Notes under the pieces: generated by a model
What the model was told of the DNA's origin: nothing
The model's database searches: none
What the model saw: only the letters and a program-made list of their open reading frames with translations
Shown: positions 51,474 through 62,125 of the stretch, in pieces
How the letters are laid out: each line of letters opens with the position of its first letter
Numbering within the stretch: the first letter of the stretch is position 1
Program-made: the position numbers and the translations under genes
Virus record (IMG/VR): IMGVR_UViG_3300036770_005052
Coordinates: 80,423 to 144,422 of that record
Length of the DNA stretch: 64,000 nucleotides
Reading direction: 5' to 3' (one strand)
Source of the DNA: a virus

Positions 51474-52546
51474 AATCTTCTATGACATCTGGAAGTGTGC
51501 ATACCAAAGAAGAGCACTATATAAAGGAACTGCAAGAGAACACAGAGAGCACGAAACTGTGTGTATGTGTCTCAATATGAAAGATGTGAATTTCTATCAA
51601 TTTGATACGGAGAAACCGCGTTATGTTTAGCACATTAGTAAGAGGAACAGCGCCCAAAAAGAATAGAACCACCTTAAATTGGTGGGAATACTGGATTGGT
51701 CATTGTTGGATGACAGGATGGCAGAGTATTCGTGGAGCATTTCGTATCTGGACTGATCTGATGACATCTAACTATGAGAATTATGCTTTACTCAAAACAG
51801 TAGAAGATCCAGAACAAGAATGTTTAGAATGGTTTTGGGTGACACTTGGGGAAGATGAATGTTATCCAAAAGAGTTTCTTGAATATCTACTGCAAATGGT
51901 TGATGATATTGAAACTGGGAAAGAAAAACTCATTCCACTTGATGAAGATTTCTTCGACAGAATAAAAGAACTTACTGATGGAGTTGAAATTGATCTTAGT
52001 GAGGAATTAAAGAATGATGACAAAGTATGATCGATTTTATGATGAACAACATTATGGCTGGGTTGTAGATAAACGCTACGACTGGATCAATATGCTTTCA
52101 AAAATGAGAGACAATAATCCTCAACGTTTTGAGGAATTTCAGTATTCAAACTCTACAATTTATTATCATTTGGAAAGAGTACAACAAGAGCAAAACATTT
52201 ACGACTAATGAATTTTACACCAGAACAATATAAACTTATCTTTACTGCTGTACGGCGTTATCAGTTTGAAAAAACAGTATTAAACAGCAAAGAATATTGG
52301 CAGTGTAACGAAGTACTTGACGAACTGTTTGATTCCGTGTATACTCAACGAGTAGAGCAACCAACATGATTAAACCAGTTAAAGAAGAGTTTCCGCATTT
52401 TGGATTTCCCGTCAAAATTGTTCATAAAGACGGTAAAGATCTAAAAGATAAAAAAACTTGTTACTTCCAGTGTGAAGAACATGCTAAAAAATACCTAGAG
52501 CGTTCTAAACTGAAGAAAAAAGATTACACTATTTCATATAAAGGAG

Positions 52547-53575
52547 ATGAAAGTGACGAATAAAGTTTTAATCACTGGTGGAGCTGGATTTATTGCCCAT
52601 CACTTAATTGGCAAAATTTTACAAACAACCGACTGGGAAATTGTTACACTTGATCGTCTTGATTATAGTGGAAACCTTAATCGTCTTCATGATTTAATGC
52701 TTTCTTTTGATACTGAAATACGTAAGAGAGTTAAGGTTGTCCATCACGATCTTAAGGCAGAACTTAATCCACTTGTTCGATCTGAAATTGGAAAAGTTGA
52801 TTATATTTTCCATCTTGCTGCAGGGTCTCATGTTGATCGTAGTATTGAATATCCAATGGAGTTTGTACTTGACAATGTGGTAGGAACTTGTAATATTCTT
52901 GAGTTTGCTAGATCGCATAATAATCTAAAAAGGTTTATTTACTTTAGTACCGATGAAGTATTTGGTCCTGCTCCTGATGGAATCAAATATAAGGAGAATG
53001 ATCGCTACAATTCAACCAATCCTTATAGTGCAACAAAAGCAGGTGGTGAAGAACTTGCCGTGGCATATGAGAATACGTATGGTTTGCCAGTCTATATTAC
53101 CCATACAATGAATGTTTTTGGTGAACGACAACATCCAGAGAAATACATTCCTATGTGTATTCGTAAAATTCGTGATGGTGAAACTGTAACTATTCATAGC
53201 GATTCTACACGAACTATTCCTGGTTCTCGGCATTATATTCATGCAGAAGATGTTGCAGATGCTATTCTATTTCTTGCAGACAAAAAGTACATTGAATCGA
53301 ACTATGGTGGTGCAAAGTGCCCCAAATTTAACATTGTAGGATCTGAAGAACTGAATAATCTTGAATTGGCACAAATTATCGCAGAAGCACAAGGAAAGGA
53401 ACTTAATTATGAATTAGTTGATTTTCACTCATCACGTCCTGGTCATGACTTGCGTTATGCACTGGATGGTAGTAAAATGAAAGAACTGGGATGGGAACCT
53501 GCCAAATCTGTACGGGAACGCATCGCAGAGGTAGTTAAATGGACTCTTGAAAACGAAAGGTGGATTACTTTATGA
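52547..53575 (+). CDS. rmlB: dTDP-glucose 4,6-dehydratase (NAD-dependent epimerase/dehydratase)
   Basis: GGAGFIA, HLAAGSHVDRSI, STDEVFG, YSATK, RPGHDLRYA motifs. Confidence 0.9.
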   Translation: MKVTNKVLITGGAGFIAHHLIGKILQTTDWEIVTLDRLDYSGNLNRLHDLMLSFDTEIRKRVKVVHHDLKAELNPLVRSEIGKVDYIFHLAAGSHVDRSIEYPMEFVLDNVVGTCNILEFARSHNNLKRFIYFSTDEVFGPAPDGIKYKENDRYNSTNPYSATKAGGEELAVAYENTYGLPVYITHTMNVFGERQHPEKYIPMCIRKIRDGETVTIHSDSTRTIPGSRHYIHAEDVADAILFLADKKYIESNYGGAKCPKFNIVGSEELNNLELAQIIAEAQGKELNYELVDFHSSRPGHDLRYALDGSKMKELGWEPAKSVRERIAEVVKWTLENERWITL

Positions 53576-53680
53576 CAACACGCACATTTGTTGATAAGAA
53601 TGAGAACTCTTGGGAATGGGAAGAAACTCCAGAAACCATTGAGGCGCTCAAGCAACTTCACGAAACTGTAAAGAAAGTGA

Positions 53681-54046
53681 ATGAAAATCGTGCAAAGAAC
53701 TGAAAGACCGTGGGGTTGGTTTGATCTTCATGAAGAGAGTGAAACTAATCCGTATAAGATTAAAACCATCTATATTGAACCTAATCTTCAATTTTCACTT
53801 CAAAGGCATGTCAATAGACAAGAATTTTGGGTAATTGTTGAGGGAGATGGTATTGTCACTACTTCAACATATCAGTGTGATGTGAGGAGGGGTGATTTTA
53901 TCCATGTTCGTAAGAATGAACTTCATAGACTAACTGCTGGTGAGTTTGGAGTTAGATTTGTTGAGGTTCAAGTTGGATCTATTTGTGATGAGGATGACAT
54001 TGTAAGATTTGAGGATGATTATGGAAGAAAAACGAATTTTAGTTGA
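53681..54046 (+). CDS. Cupin, mannose-6-phosphate isomerase type II C-terminal-like
   Basis: ERPWG, SLQRH..R.EFW..V.G, HRL, EVQ.G....EDDIVRFEDDYGR. Confidence 0.85.
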   Translation: MKIVQRTERPWGWFDLHEESETNPYKIKTIYIEPNLQFSLQRHVNRQEFWVIVEGDGIVTTSTYQCDVRRGDFIHVRKNELHRLTAGEFGVRFVEVQVGSICDEDDIVRFEDDYGRKTNFS

Positions 54047-55190
54047 TGACTGCTTTTATGTTACTCAAAAGAAATATGGACTCTGGGACTCAACGGATCT
54101 TGAAGGAAATGGGTTGGTCACATCTCTCACTGAAGAGCAGTGTATATCAGCAACACGTTTTTATCTTAAAGGACGGCAGGAAGGTTTCCCTGAACCCGAA
54201 AAAGTTCATGAAGGTGTGGTAGGTGGAAAACTCTGATTATCCATATCATGTGTTAGATCCTACAACTCCTTGGTATGAATGGTTATGTTATTGTGAAATT
54301 TGCCATCAATTAAATATTCGCGGACAACCAAACTGGAATCGTTTTATGAGATATAGAAATTATCTTAAAGAAGTTGGAGTTTTGCAATGAGAAAAATAAG
54401 GATATTGTTGTGGCAAATAGTTTCTGAACTTGAGCAAAAATTGTATCCTTATGAAAGGGAGGACAATAATGATTACTATTATACTGTCAAAAATGATGAA
54501 ACTGGTGAGTCCTACATGATCATCGAATGGATCAAATCATTTGATGAAAGAATACAAAGACTTCAAGATGAAATGATGTGGGTTATGAGTGAAATTGGGA
54601 GAATAAAAAATGATCAACAAGATTATTGATTGGTTTTTTTCTCCATCTAAAAAACCAATAGTAGAAGATCATATCGATCTTTACACCAAACTTATAGAAT
54701 TGGAAAATCGTATCGAATCTATTGAGCAAGAAAATATTGAAACGACAAATTCAATATATGAAATTGCTAATAGTTTAGAAGCACGTATTGACATTCTTGC
54801 TTCAGAACCTTATAATCTTAATAAATTCTCTCTTGATAAGTAATGTACGAAACTCTAACTGAATTTGAAAGAGCACTTGCTCGCTTTGGTGATAAGGTTG
54901 CTCTAATTGCTGGTCTTGAAATTAGTGATAAAATTTCACCAGAGGAAGCATATCAACAGATTAAAGATCTTTATAAAGAACTTAAAACTCTTCGTAAAGT
55001 TGAAAAGAAATCTTGGGAATCTGATATTCATGTTGATATGTGATGGAAGATACACTTAAAATATCAAAAAACGAAGACGGTTCATTTACAATGGACTGGG
55101 ACCCACAAGACCCAAGTTGGAAATGGCTTAATGAGTTGACAAGCAAAGAGATCCAGGTTATTATGGAACAAGCAATCAAGGACTTTACCA

Positions 55191-55859
55191 ATGGACTTTG
55201 ACTACAAAAAGTATTCACTTGAAAAACTTGAAACTTGGGTAGAAGATACTTTAAATTCTACAGAAGCATCCCCACAAGAAATTTATGACTGCATTCGTAA
55301 AGTAGTCGAAGACAATTATTACTGCTACAAAAATAGTACTTCTCGTTGTTATGAACTCCTTGCATTATTAAATGGTAATGGTAAGGGTCATATTCCAGCA
55401 TATGATGAATATCTTGAGAAGAAAGAAAATCTTGTATGTGATAAAGATAGTCCATCAGAAGAATGCCAAAAGTCTTGGACTTCCTTCTGGGAAGAGCATT
55501 ATTACCCAGAAGAAGTAAAGGATGATGGTATGCGTCCTTGGGGTCATAGTGATTTAGAGTATGGTATTGCTAATCAAAAGAAGGATAAAGTAAAAAAGTG
55601 GATTCTTCCTGTAGAAGTGGATGGTCCAAGTGGTGAATACTTTATTACTTTCCCCGATGATTTGTTGGAAGCATCAGACCTTAAAGAGGGTGATCAAGTT
55701 AAGTGGATTGATCAAAGTGATGGTTCTTATTTGTTGAAAAAAGTACAAGATGCATCTTGGGTGAGGGGTAATGAACTTGCAAAAGTTAAAACCTATCAGG
55801 AAATGATTGATGATGGTTGGGTTATTACTGATGATGGTTTTTGGATTAAGGAGAATTGA
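55191..55859 (+). CDS. Fusion protein containing an AbrB/MazE/SpoVT-like DNA-binding domain
   Basis: Internal 'WILPVEVDGPSGEYFITFPDDLLEASDLKEGDQVKWIDQSDGSYLLKKV'. Confidence 0.65.
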   Translation: MDFDYKKYSLEKLETWVEDTLNSTEASPQEIYDCIRKVVEDNYYCYKNSTSRCYELLALLNGNGKGHIPAYDEYLEKKENLVCDKDSPSEECQKSWTSFWEEHYYPEEVKDDGMRPWGHSDLEYGIANQKKDKVKKWILPVEVDGPSGEYFITFPDDLLEASDLKEGDQVKWIDQSDGSYLLKKVQDASWVRGNELAKVKTYQEMIDDGWVITDDGFWIKEN

Positions 55860-56446
55860 AATGGCATTATCACAATCTGTTGAAGAATCACTTAAAGAAT
55901 CGGAAGCATCGTTGCGCAATGCTCTAGCATATGCTGCCCGTCAAGAGCGTCCTATGGTTTGTAGCGTGATTGCGGATCTTATTCATCGCATTGAAACCCT
56001 ACAAACCACCGATAGTCTTTTAGATAAACTTGAGAATCGTAAATCAGGAGATTCTGGATTCTTTGGTACGATGTTTGGAGAATGATGACTGAACCTAATG
56101 AATTTGGCAAAGCACTTCAAGAATGGTGGGATTCTGATGCTTGCAAACAACTCCAGAAAGAAACTGAAGAAGCAAAGCAACGTGCAGTAGGAAAGTACTT
56201 TATGCTTTCCGAAGAAGACAAACTTGATATTGTGCAGGCAATCTGCTACATTATGTGTAAGGCAGAAAGTGAAGGTTGTTCTCATCGTGCTCTTATGGAT
56301 GCACTGGGAATCTATCCTACAGGTTTCTGGATTGATAATCTTATGGACGTTCATAATGCTCTCTGGTCTTATTATAATGATAGAAAGCAAGATCAAGAAC
56401 TTAAAGATGATCTTGAGTCTTTAGAAAAATTTTTAGAAGATAAAAA

Positions 56447-56453
56447 ATAAATA
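56447..56453 (+). promoter_or_regulatory. T4-type late promoter
   Basis: ATAAATA overlapping the upstream stop, ahead of an AT-rich two-gene unit. Confidence 0.5.
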
Positions 56454-56521
56454 TGACTTTTCTAGCACCAAAATCTAAGTCAACTATTTGATACTTTAAT
56501 TTTCACTTAAATTTTTTTTAT

Positions 56522-57034
56522 ATGAATGATCCAAAGTGTAAAAGATTTTATAGAAAATGTGATGACTTTAGTTTGTGTGTAAACATAGGAGAAAAAGGAT
56601 ACGTTTTAGCAGAGCATCCTAATGAAAGATTCACAATTTTTTATTACGGATTATATGGATCTGGAATTTTTAGTAGAGTTTTTGATAAAGAAGACCCTAT
56701 TATATTGGATGCAAATAAAAATTTAGTCGTTGATGTTCAAAATTATATTCATGATAAAGTTTTATTTGAAGCAACTGAAGATTTTTATATTGTTGGATTC
56801 AATACTTTAGATAAAAAAATAAAGTGGGAAGCTCAAATATTAGACTCTAAAACAACTGAAATTAGAGGAGATTACGATAAATCGTATGCTTTGTGCATGA
56901 ATGGAAGTCCGTACATAAATGGGAAAAAATTCAAGAGATATGATTACTCCACATTACTTAAAAACAAAATCTACAATGTAACTATAAAAAATGATGATAT
57001 AATTATTATTTTTAATCAAGTTGGAGAATGGTAA
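56522..57034 (+). CDS. Hypothetical protein (possible cupin-like beta fold)
   Basis: 170-aa AT-rich ORF; no clear motif. Confidence 0.55.
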   Translation: MNDPKCKRFYRKCDDFSLCVNIGEKGYVLAEHPNERFTIFYYGLYGSGIFSRVFDKEDPIILDANKNLVVDVQNYIHDKVLFEATEDFYIVGFNTLDKKIKWEAQILDSKTTEIRGDYDKSYALCMNGSPYINGKKFKRYDYSTLLKNKIYNVTIKNDDIIIIFNQVGEW

Positions 57035-57516
57035 TGATAACCCAAAATGATTTGCAAACTTTATATGAGTGGGCAAAGATAACTAATTTTCCAACCAAAA
57101 AAGCGCCAACTTCAAATGGATATGCAAATAAAGACATTTATATATCTTGGCTAAAGGGAGTAGGTAAATCAATCACTATTCGTAAAAAACTAATGAGTGA
57201 CAAAATATATCAAATATTTGAAAATGATAATATTTTGTATGCAACCTACTCCTTGTTTGAATCTGGGACTATATTAAAACCCCATCGTGATCCTAATGTT
57301 TATCGTGAACCCTACAAAAGAATTCAAATCCCATTAAAAATTCCAGATAGAGAAAAATGTTACATGACCTGGCAAGGGAAAAAAATTTATTGGGATGAAG
57401 GCATTCCTCAAGTTTTTCCCGTTATGGACTATATTCATGATGGAGGAAATCTATCAGATTCTTCAATGGAATTTTTAATGCTTGATGTTAAAAAAAATAC
57501 TGTGATTAAATTATAA
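57028..57516 (+). CDS. Aspartyl/asparaginyl beta-hydroxylase-like 2OG oxygenase
   Basis: 'SLFESGTILKPHRD...RIQIPLKIP...C.....W.EG...VF.....H.G.N' pattern. Confidence 0.75.
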   Translation: MVMITQNDLQTLYEWAKITNFPTKKAPTSNGYANKDIYISWLKGVGKSITIRKKLMSDKIYQIFENDNILYATYSLFESGTILKPHRDPNVYREPYKRIQIPLKIPDREKCYMTWQGKKIYWDEGIPQVFPVMDYIHDGGNLSDSSMEFLMLDVKKNTVIKL

Positions 57517-57610
57517 TGTAAATGATTGTAACACGATCCCAAAGAAAACATTAAGTTTCTAGATAGTAGTGTATTGAAATGCTAACATTGGGTAACATCG
57601 CAAAAACTCT

Positions 57611-57817
57611 ATGACTTTACCAAAAACCAGCAACGAAATCCTTACAACTGAAGAATGGGACGAACTTGTAGCTCTTAAAGACGCAATTACTTATTATCCG
57701 TCGTCTGTTTCTGCCGAAAAAATGGAGAAGTTTGCTGAATTAATGGTAAGAACACTTGAAGGAAAATGTGATCCTCCCCCTCCAAAAAATTGGAGGGGTT
57801 CATCTTTGAGTGAATAA
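57611..57817 (+). CDS. Conserved cyanophage-type hypothetical protein
   Basis: 68-aa ORF. Confidence 0.6.
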   Translation: MTLPKTSNEILTTEEWDELVALKDAITYYPSSVSAEKMEKFAELMVRTLEGKCDPPPPKNWRGSSLSE

Positions 57818-57828
57818 TCATCAAGCCC

Positions 57829-57859
57829 TTGACAAATTCAGTGGGCACAATGCTATAAT
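57829..57859 (+). promoter_or_regulatory. Sigma70-type promoter (extended -10)
   Basis: TTGACA (57829-34), TGcTATAAT (57851-59); the 19-nt spacer is long, so it may act as an extended -10 promoter. Confidence 0.6.
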
Positions 57860-57914
57860 ACCGGCATGGGTCATAATTCCCATGGTCTAAATTCTAAACA
57901 TTTCTAAGATAAAA

Positions 57915-58082
57915 ATGGAAAAACACATCCATAATAGTGCTTTTGATGCTCCATTAGAAGCACCAGATCCTCAAGATCCTAAAATTTCAAACAGAGCTAA
58001 TCGTCATCATCCTGGTACTCCTTTTGAAGAATATTGTTCAACACATCCAGATGCTGACGAATGTAAAGTTTATGATGATTGA
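57915..58082 (+). CDS. cp12: CP12-family protein (short, C-terminal Cys-pair type; not in ORF track)
   Basis: 55 aa ending TPFEEYCSTHPDADECKVYDD, the CP12 C-terminal C-x8-C 'YC...P.A.EC.VY(D/E)D' signature. Confidence 0.85.
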   Translation: MEKHIHNSAFDAPLEAPDPQDPKISNRANRHHPGTPFEEYCSTHPDADECKVYDD

Positions 58083-58109
58083 TCCCTTAATTTTTTAATT
58101 TACTTTTTT

Positions 58110-58679
58110 ATGAAAAATTTTGTTATTGAGTCGAATGTTTACGGTGAGCCTAGTGTTTTTACCGTAACTAAGTATGATGAAAATGATATTCAAGACTTTA
58201 AAGAATATTTTGATTGCTGGCAAAATCTTAAAACTTCATCTTTAAAAATCGATGGAGGACCTGCAAATTTCCATGCAGCTTTTACTGAAGGTTTATTTTG
58301 TCTTTGGTCTGGTTGTGTAAGGTACAAAGATTCGAAATCAAAAAAACTTAAAAGTTCTTCTTTTGATGCGTATGATATTGTTACTGAAAAAACAAAGCAA
58401 GTTAAATCTACAATGATGGATATTGATTTGACTTCCTTTGGTCCCAAAACAAAATGGGATGACTTATATTTCCTGGATTTTTACAATGATGGTTCTGTAG
58501 ATGGTTCTTTCGACGTATATTACATTGAAAATGAAATTATTTACAATTCGCTTGTCAACAAATCCGAAACCTTAAAAGAGCAACAAGAAGCAAAGCGTCG
58601 CCCTCGTACTTCCGTTAAGAAAAACGTAATTGAAGTTTTTAATATTCAACCTGTAGAAAAAAAAGTAAAAATTTGGTGA
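58110..58679 (+). CDS. Type II restriction endonuclease, Bsp6I family (GCNGC predicted)
   Basis: 'FDAYD.....QVKST...DLTSFGPKT.WD.LYFLDF...NK.ETL.EQQ...RRPR' matches the Bsp6I family; adjacent to a C5-MTase. Confidence 0.75.
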   Translation: MKNFVIESNVYGEPSVFTVTKYDENDIQDFKEYFDCWQNLKTSSLKIDGGPANFHAAFTEGLFCLWSGCVRYKDSKSKKLKSSSFDAYDIVTEKTKQVKSTMMDIDLTSFGPKTKWDDLYFLDFYNDGSVDGSFDVYYIENEIIYNSLVNKSETLKEQQEAKRRPRTSVKKNVIEVFNIQPVEKKVKIW

Positions 58680-58680
58680 G

Positions 58681-59622
58681 ATGATGAAGACTCTAGATTT
58701 ATTTGCCGGAATTGGTGGAATTCGCCTTGGATTTGAAAATGCTGGATTTAAAACAGTTTTTTCAAATGATTTTGAACCACTTTGCAAAACAACTTTCGAT
58801 TTAAATTTCGGAGAGCCACATCTTCATGTTGAAGATATTCGACAAATACCTCCTAGCAGTCTTCCAAACTTTAACATTCTTTTAGGTGGATTTCCTTGCC
58901 AGGCATTTTCAATAGCTGGATATCGACAGGGATTTGCAGACGAAAAGGATAGAGGTAATCTGTTCTTTTCAATAGCAAATATCTTACAAGAAAAAAATCC
59001 AGATGCATTTTTGCTTGAAAATGTAAAAAATTTAAAAGGACATGATAATGGAAATACTTTTAAAGTGATTCAAGATACATTATCATCTTTGGGGTATTGT
59101 GTAAATTTTAAAGTTATGAATACCATGGAATATGGTAATATTCCTCAAAATCGCGAAAGAATTTACATTGTCGGATTCAAAGATAGAGAGCATCATTGCA
59201 ATTTTAAATTTCCAGATCCGATTGATTTAACTGTGAAGGTTACAGATCTTCTTGATCAAAATATACCATCAAAGTATTACTATAATGGTAAACCTCTTTA
59301 TGATCGAATTAAAGATGATGTAATCGATCAAACAAAAGTATATCAATGGCGTAGGCAATATGTGAGAGAAAATAAAAAAGATGTTTGCCCTACTCTTACT
59401 GCCAATATGGGTACTGGTGGTCATAACGTTCCAATTATTAAGGATTCCAATGGTATTCGTAAATTGACTCCAAGAGAATGTTTAAGACTTCAAGGATTTC
59501 CAGATTCTTATATTCTTCCTGATATTTCTGATGCTACCCTGTACAAGCAAGTTGGAAATTCTGTGAGTGTACCTGTGATTCAAGCTATTGCAACACAAAT
59601 TTCCAAGGCAATGTGCCAATGA
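58681..59622 (+). CDS. C5 cytosine DNA methyltransferase (M.Bsp6I-like)
   Basis: Motifs DLFAGIGG, GGFPCQ, ENVKNL, QNRERI, LTPREC, YKQVGNSV; TRD 'YQWRRQYVRENK..CPTLTANMGTGGHNVP'. Confidence 0.95.
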   Translation: MMKTLDLFAGIGGIRLGFENAGFKTVFSNDFEPLCKTTFDLNFGEPHLHVEDIRQIPPSSLPNFNILLGGFPCQAFSIAGYRQGFADEKDRGNLFFSIANILQEKNPDAFLLENVKNLKGHDNGNTFKVIQDTLSSLGYCVNFKVMNTMEYGNIPQNRERIYIVGFKDREHHCNFKFPDPIDLTVKVTDLLDQNIPSKYYYNGKPLYDRIKDDVIDQTKVYQWRRQYVRENKKDVCPTLTANMGTGGHNVPIIKDSNGIRKLTPRECLRLQGFPDSYILPDISDATLYKQVGNSVSVPVIQAIATQISKAMCQ

Positions 59623-59671
59623 AAAAACTGTCACATTAGAGATTTTGTCTGACCTTGGTTGACCTTATAAT
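59615..59671 (+). repeat. Intergenic element copy 15
   Basis: (ATGT)GCCAATG-AAAA-AACTGTCACAT...TATAAT at the same spacing as other copies; contains the MTase stop. Confidence 0.75.
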
Positions 59672-60152
59672 ATGGATGTACACAATCAATCAGTTAATGA
59701 CTACCACCTTCGCTGATTACGCCGCCACTGCAGAGGCACGAAAGAACATCGCAGAGGCAGTTCTGGGGCATACCTATGCCCTCTGTGAGGCACTGCGCCA
59801 GAACTACATTGATTACAGCATCAAGTCTCATCAACATGCCATTAAGAATAATGGTATCGTCGATGAGAGTTATGTTCCTTATCATCAGGAACAGATTGAG
59901 AAACTCAAGCAAGGTATTTGTGATTATGAGTTCTATCCTGAAACAGGACGGAAGTATCACAAAATCATTATGAATGCGAATGGTTCTCGCTCTGTTCATG
60001 CTTTTGTGGATCGTAAGACTGGTGAAGTTTACAAATCTGCTTCTTGGAAAGCACCTGCCAAGGGTGTTCGCTATGATCTTCGTCTGATTAAAGATCGTGA
60101 ATGGTTGCTTGAGAATGCTGACTGGTCGGGTGGTTACTTGTACGCAAAATGA
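59655..60152 (+). CDS. Conserved phage hypothetical protein
   Basis: 'GRKYHKII...SVHAFVD.KTGEVYK.ASWKAPAK.VRY'; the true start is probably the ATG at 59697, downstream of element 15. Confidence 0.7.
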   Translation: MVDLIIWMYTINQLMTTTFADYAATAEARKNIAEAVLGHTYALCEALRQNYIDYSIKSHQHAIKNNGIVDESYVPYHQEQIEKLKQGICDYEFYPETGRKYHKIIMNANGSRSVHAFVDRKTGEVYKSASWKAPAKGVRYDLRLIKDREWLLENADWSGGYLYAK

Positions 60153-60274
60153 AAACTTTCTTTTTATGTTGGCTTATTGCATCAGTTGTTGCTGGATTTA
60201 TTAATTACGCACTCATGCAGTTTACTGATTATGATGACGACAACTGACAAGCTCATCTTCATTTCTTCGTTCAT

Positions 60275-60766
60275 TTGGTTTTTGCACTGGGGGCAATGTC
60301 TTACGTCACGCATTCTGGATACGGTTATTCTAAACGCCTCTGTGAGGACGTTACCACTTGGTTTCTGAATAAGTTCTTTCCACGCCACAAGATTGATCTG
60401 GATATTGTGCATCGTGGTCTGAAACGTGAATGTGTTTATGGTTATTGTGATTATGTGGGCAAATCTTATCGTCCCCGTGAGTTCCTGATTGAACTTGACA
60501 CCCATATGTCTGAAGAGTTGTATATAAAAACTCTTTTACATGAATTGGTTCATCTGCGCCAGTGGGTAATTGGTTCTCTGAGGTCCAAGCGTGGAAAAAT
60601 GTATTATGGTAAAGTTGCAGTTGAACTTTACGACTATTGGCACCAACCACATGAAATGGAGGCAAGAGAGCAAGAAGAAACATTATATGTTGAGTATTTG
60701 GTTGAGAAACGAGGTGAGCAAATTCCAAAAGTGGCAAGATGCTTTCCTAATCGACTTTGCCAGTAA
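60275..60766 (+). CDS. SprT-like/zincin metallopeptidase
   Basis: TLLHELVHLRQW (HEXXH) and downstream 'P.E.EA'; the true start is probably the ATG at 60296. Confidence 0.7.
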   Translation: MVFALGAMSYVTHSGYGYSKRLCEDVTTWFLNKFFPRHKIDLDIVHRGLKRECVYGYCDYVGKSYRPREFLIELDTHMSEELYIKTLLHELVHLRQWVIGSLRSKRGKMYYGKVAVELYDYWHQPHEMEAREQEETLYVEYLVEKRGEQIPKVARCFPNRLCQ

Positions 60767-61012
60767 CCACAAAATTCATCACATTAAACAAACTTACACA
60801 AATTCAAAATGAATGACAAAGACATCAAACAATTTATTACTGCGTTCAAAGATTTTATGAAACATGCACAATCTCAAGAATTTAATATGAATTCTAAAAA
60901 AGAATATGATCGGTATCAAGAAGAAAGTAAAATGATGATTGAAAGTGAAATTGAAAAAAAAGCTGCCGAAATGGAAGTAACCGTCGATTATTATATTGCA
61001 GAATTTATGTAA

Positions 61013-61041
61013 TTGACAAATTTAAAATAGTCACCTAAAAT
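61013..61041 (+). promoter_or_regulatory. Sigma70-type promoter
   Basis: TTGACA (61013-18), 17 nt, TAAAAT (61036-41). Confidence 0.65.
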
Positions 61042-61300
61042 TATTGAGCAATTTAACAAAAGAAATGAAGTATCTTTACATCGTTGACTACTGGATTCCA
61101 TTTCCTTCTTCGGAATATGGTGGGGTAGTTGATGTTATAGCAGAGTCTGATCAAGAGTGTTTTGATTTATTGAAAGATTGGAGAGATGAATATAACTCCA
61201 ATTATGATAATTTGATCATGCAAAAAATTAAAACAGCTATCAAACTTAAATTGGATACATATAATGAAGAACCATCAAGGATTGCATCCGCTTTTACGAC

Positions 61301-61600
61301 ATGACTGAAGAGCAAAACGTAAATGATTCTGAATCTACAGTAGTTGTAGATCTAGAGGTAGAAATTGAAAGAATAGAAGAAAATCATCAAAAAAATATTG
61401 ATACTCTTTTGAACAGTTACGAAAAAACATTTCGGGATCAAGAACAAAAAATATTAGATTTGTATGAAGAAATAGAAAAAGTAAAAGAGTCCTGTGCAAA
61501 TAAAAATAACGAAAGAATTGATTTACTTTTAAATGAAAATTCGAAGTTAAATGAGGAGTTAACAAAATTCAAACAATTGTATGGGGAACTCCCTGCATGA
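61301..61600 (+). CDS. Coiled-coil hypothetical protein
   Basis: E/K-rich heptad pattern. Confidence 0.55.
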   Translation: MTEEQNVNDSESTVVVDLEVEIERIEENHQKNIDTLLNSYEKTFRDQEQKILDLYEEIEKVKESCANKNNERIDLLLNENSKLNEELTKFKQLYGELPA

Positions 61601-62125
61601 GTAAGGATTCTTTTTATGAAGGATTGGAAGTAAAATATAAAGGATTTATTGGACACATCAAATTTATTTGTGATGAGTATTTGACAATGTGCATACACAC
61701 AAATTCAGATCCATTAAAAGATGTTTGTGTTTTAATTTTTAATGAACAATTAAAGGACATTGAACTTATGACGGGAAATAGAATGAATGAAAAATAAAAA
61801 TGTATGGAGATGGTGGGCAAAAGCGTTAGGAGAGAAAGCATCTAAGTGTGATCGTGAGTCTGATACAATTGCGATTATTAGGTCTTTTATTTTTGCAACC
61901 TATTTGATTACAAATGCCTTTATTGTTGCTGGTGTAATCAGGCACTGGAATGATAAACAATCAATTGAAATTTACATTGAAAATCCTTATGAAGTACCAA
62001 GTAATCTACAACAAAAACAAGAAGAAAAAGATCTCCAAACAAATCGCAACTTTTTATAAAATTGAAGATGCTTGCATGTGGGAAAAGCATGTTAAAGATC
62101 AAGGATGCTTTGATGTTGAGGTTGT

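Larger units (their letters stand above)
26738..52563 (+). other. Hyperplastic early-gene region: roughly 100 short (30-200 aa) co-oriented hypothetical ORFs
   Basis: Dense ATGA/TAATG-coupled ORFs, few recognisable enzyme motifs, punctuated by repeated promoter elements, with several paralog families. Confidence 0.85.

Noticed and set aside
26738-52563. Stop-codon reassignment as the cause of the many short ORFs
   Set aside because: ORFs have their own starts/RBS and ATGA overlaps, long genes are intact in the standard code, and there is no suppressor tRNA.
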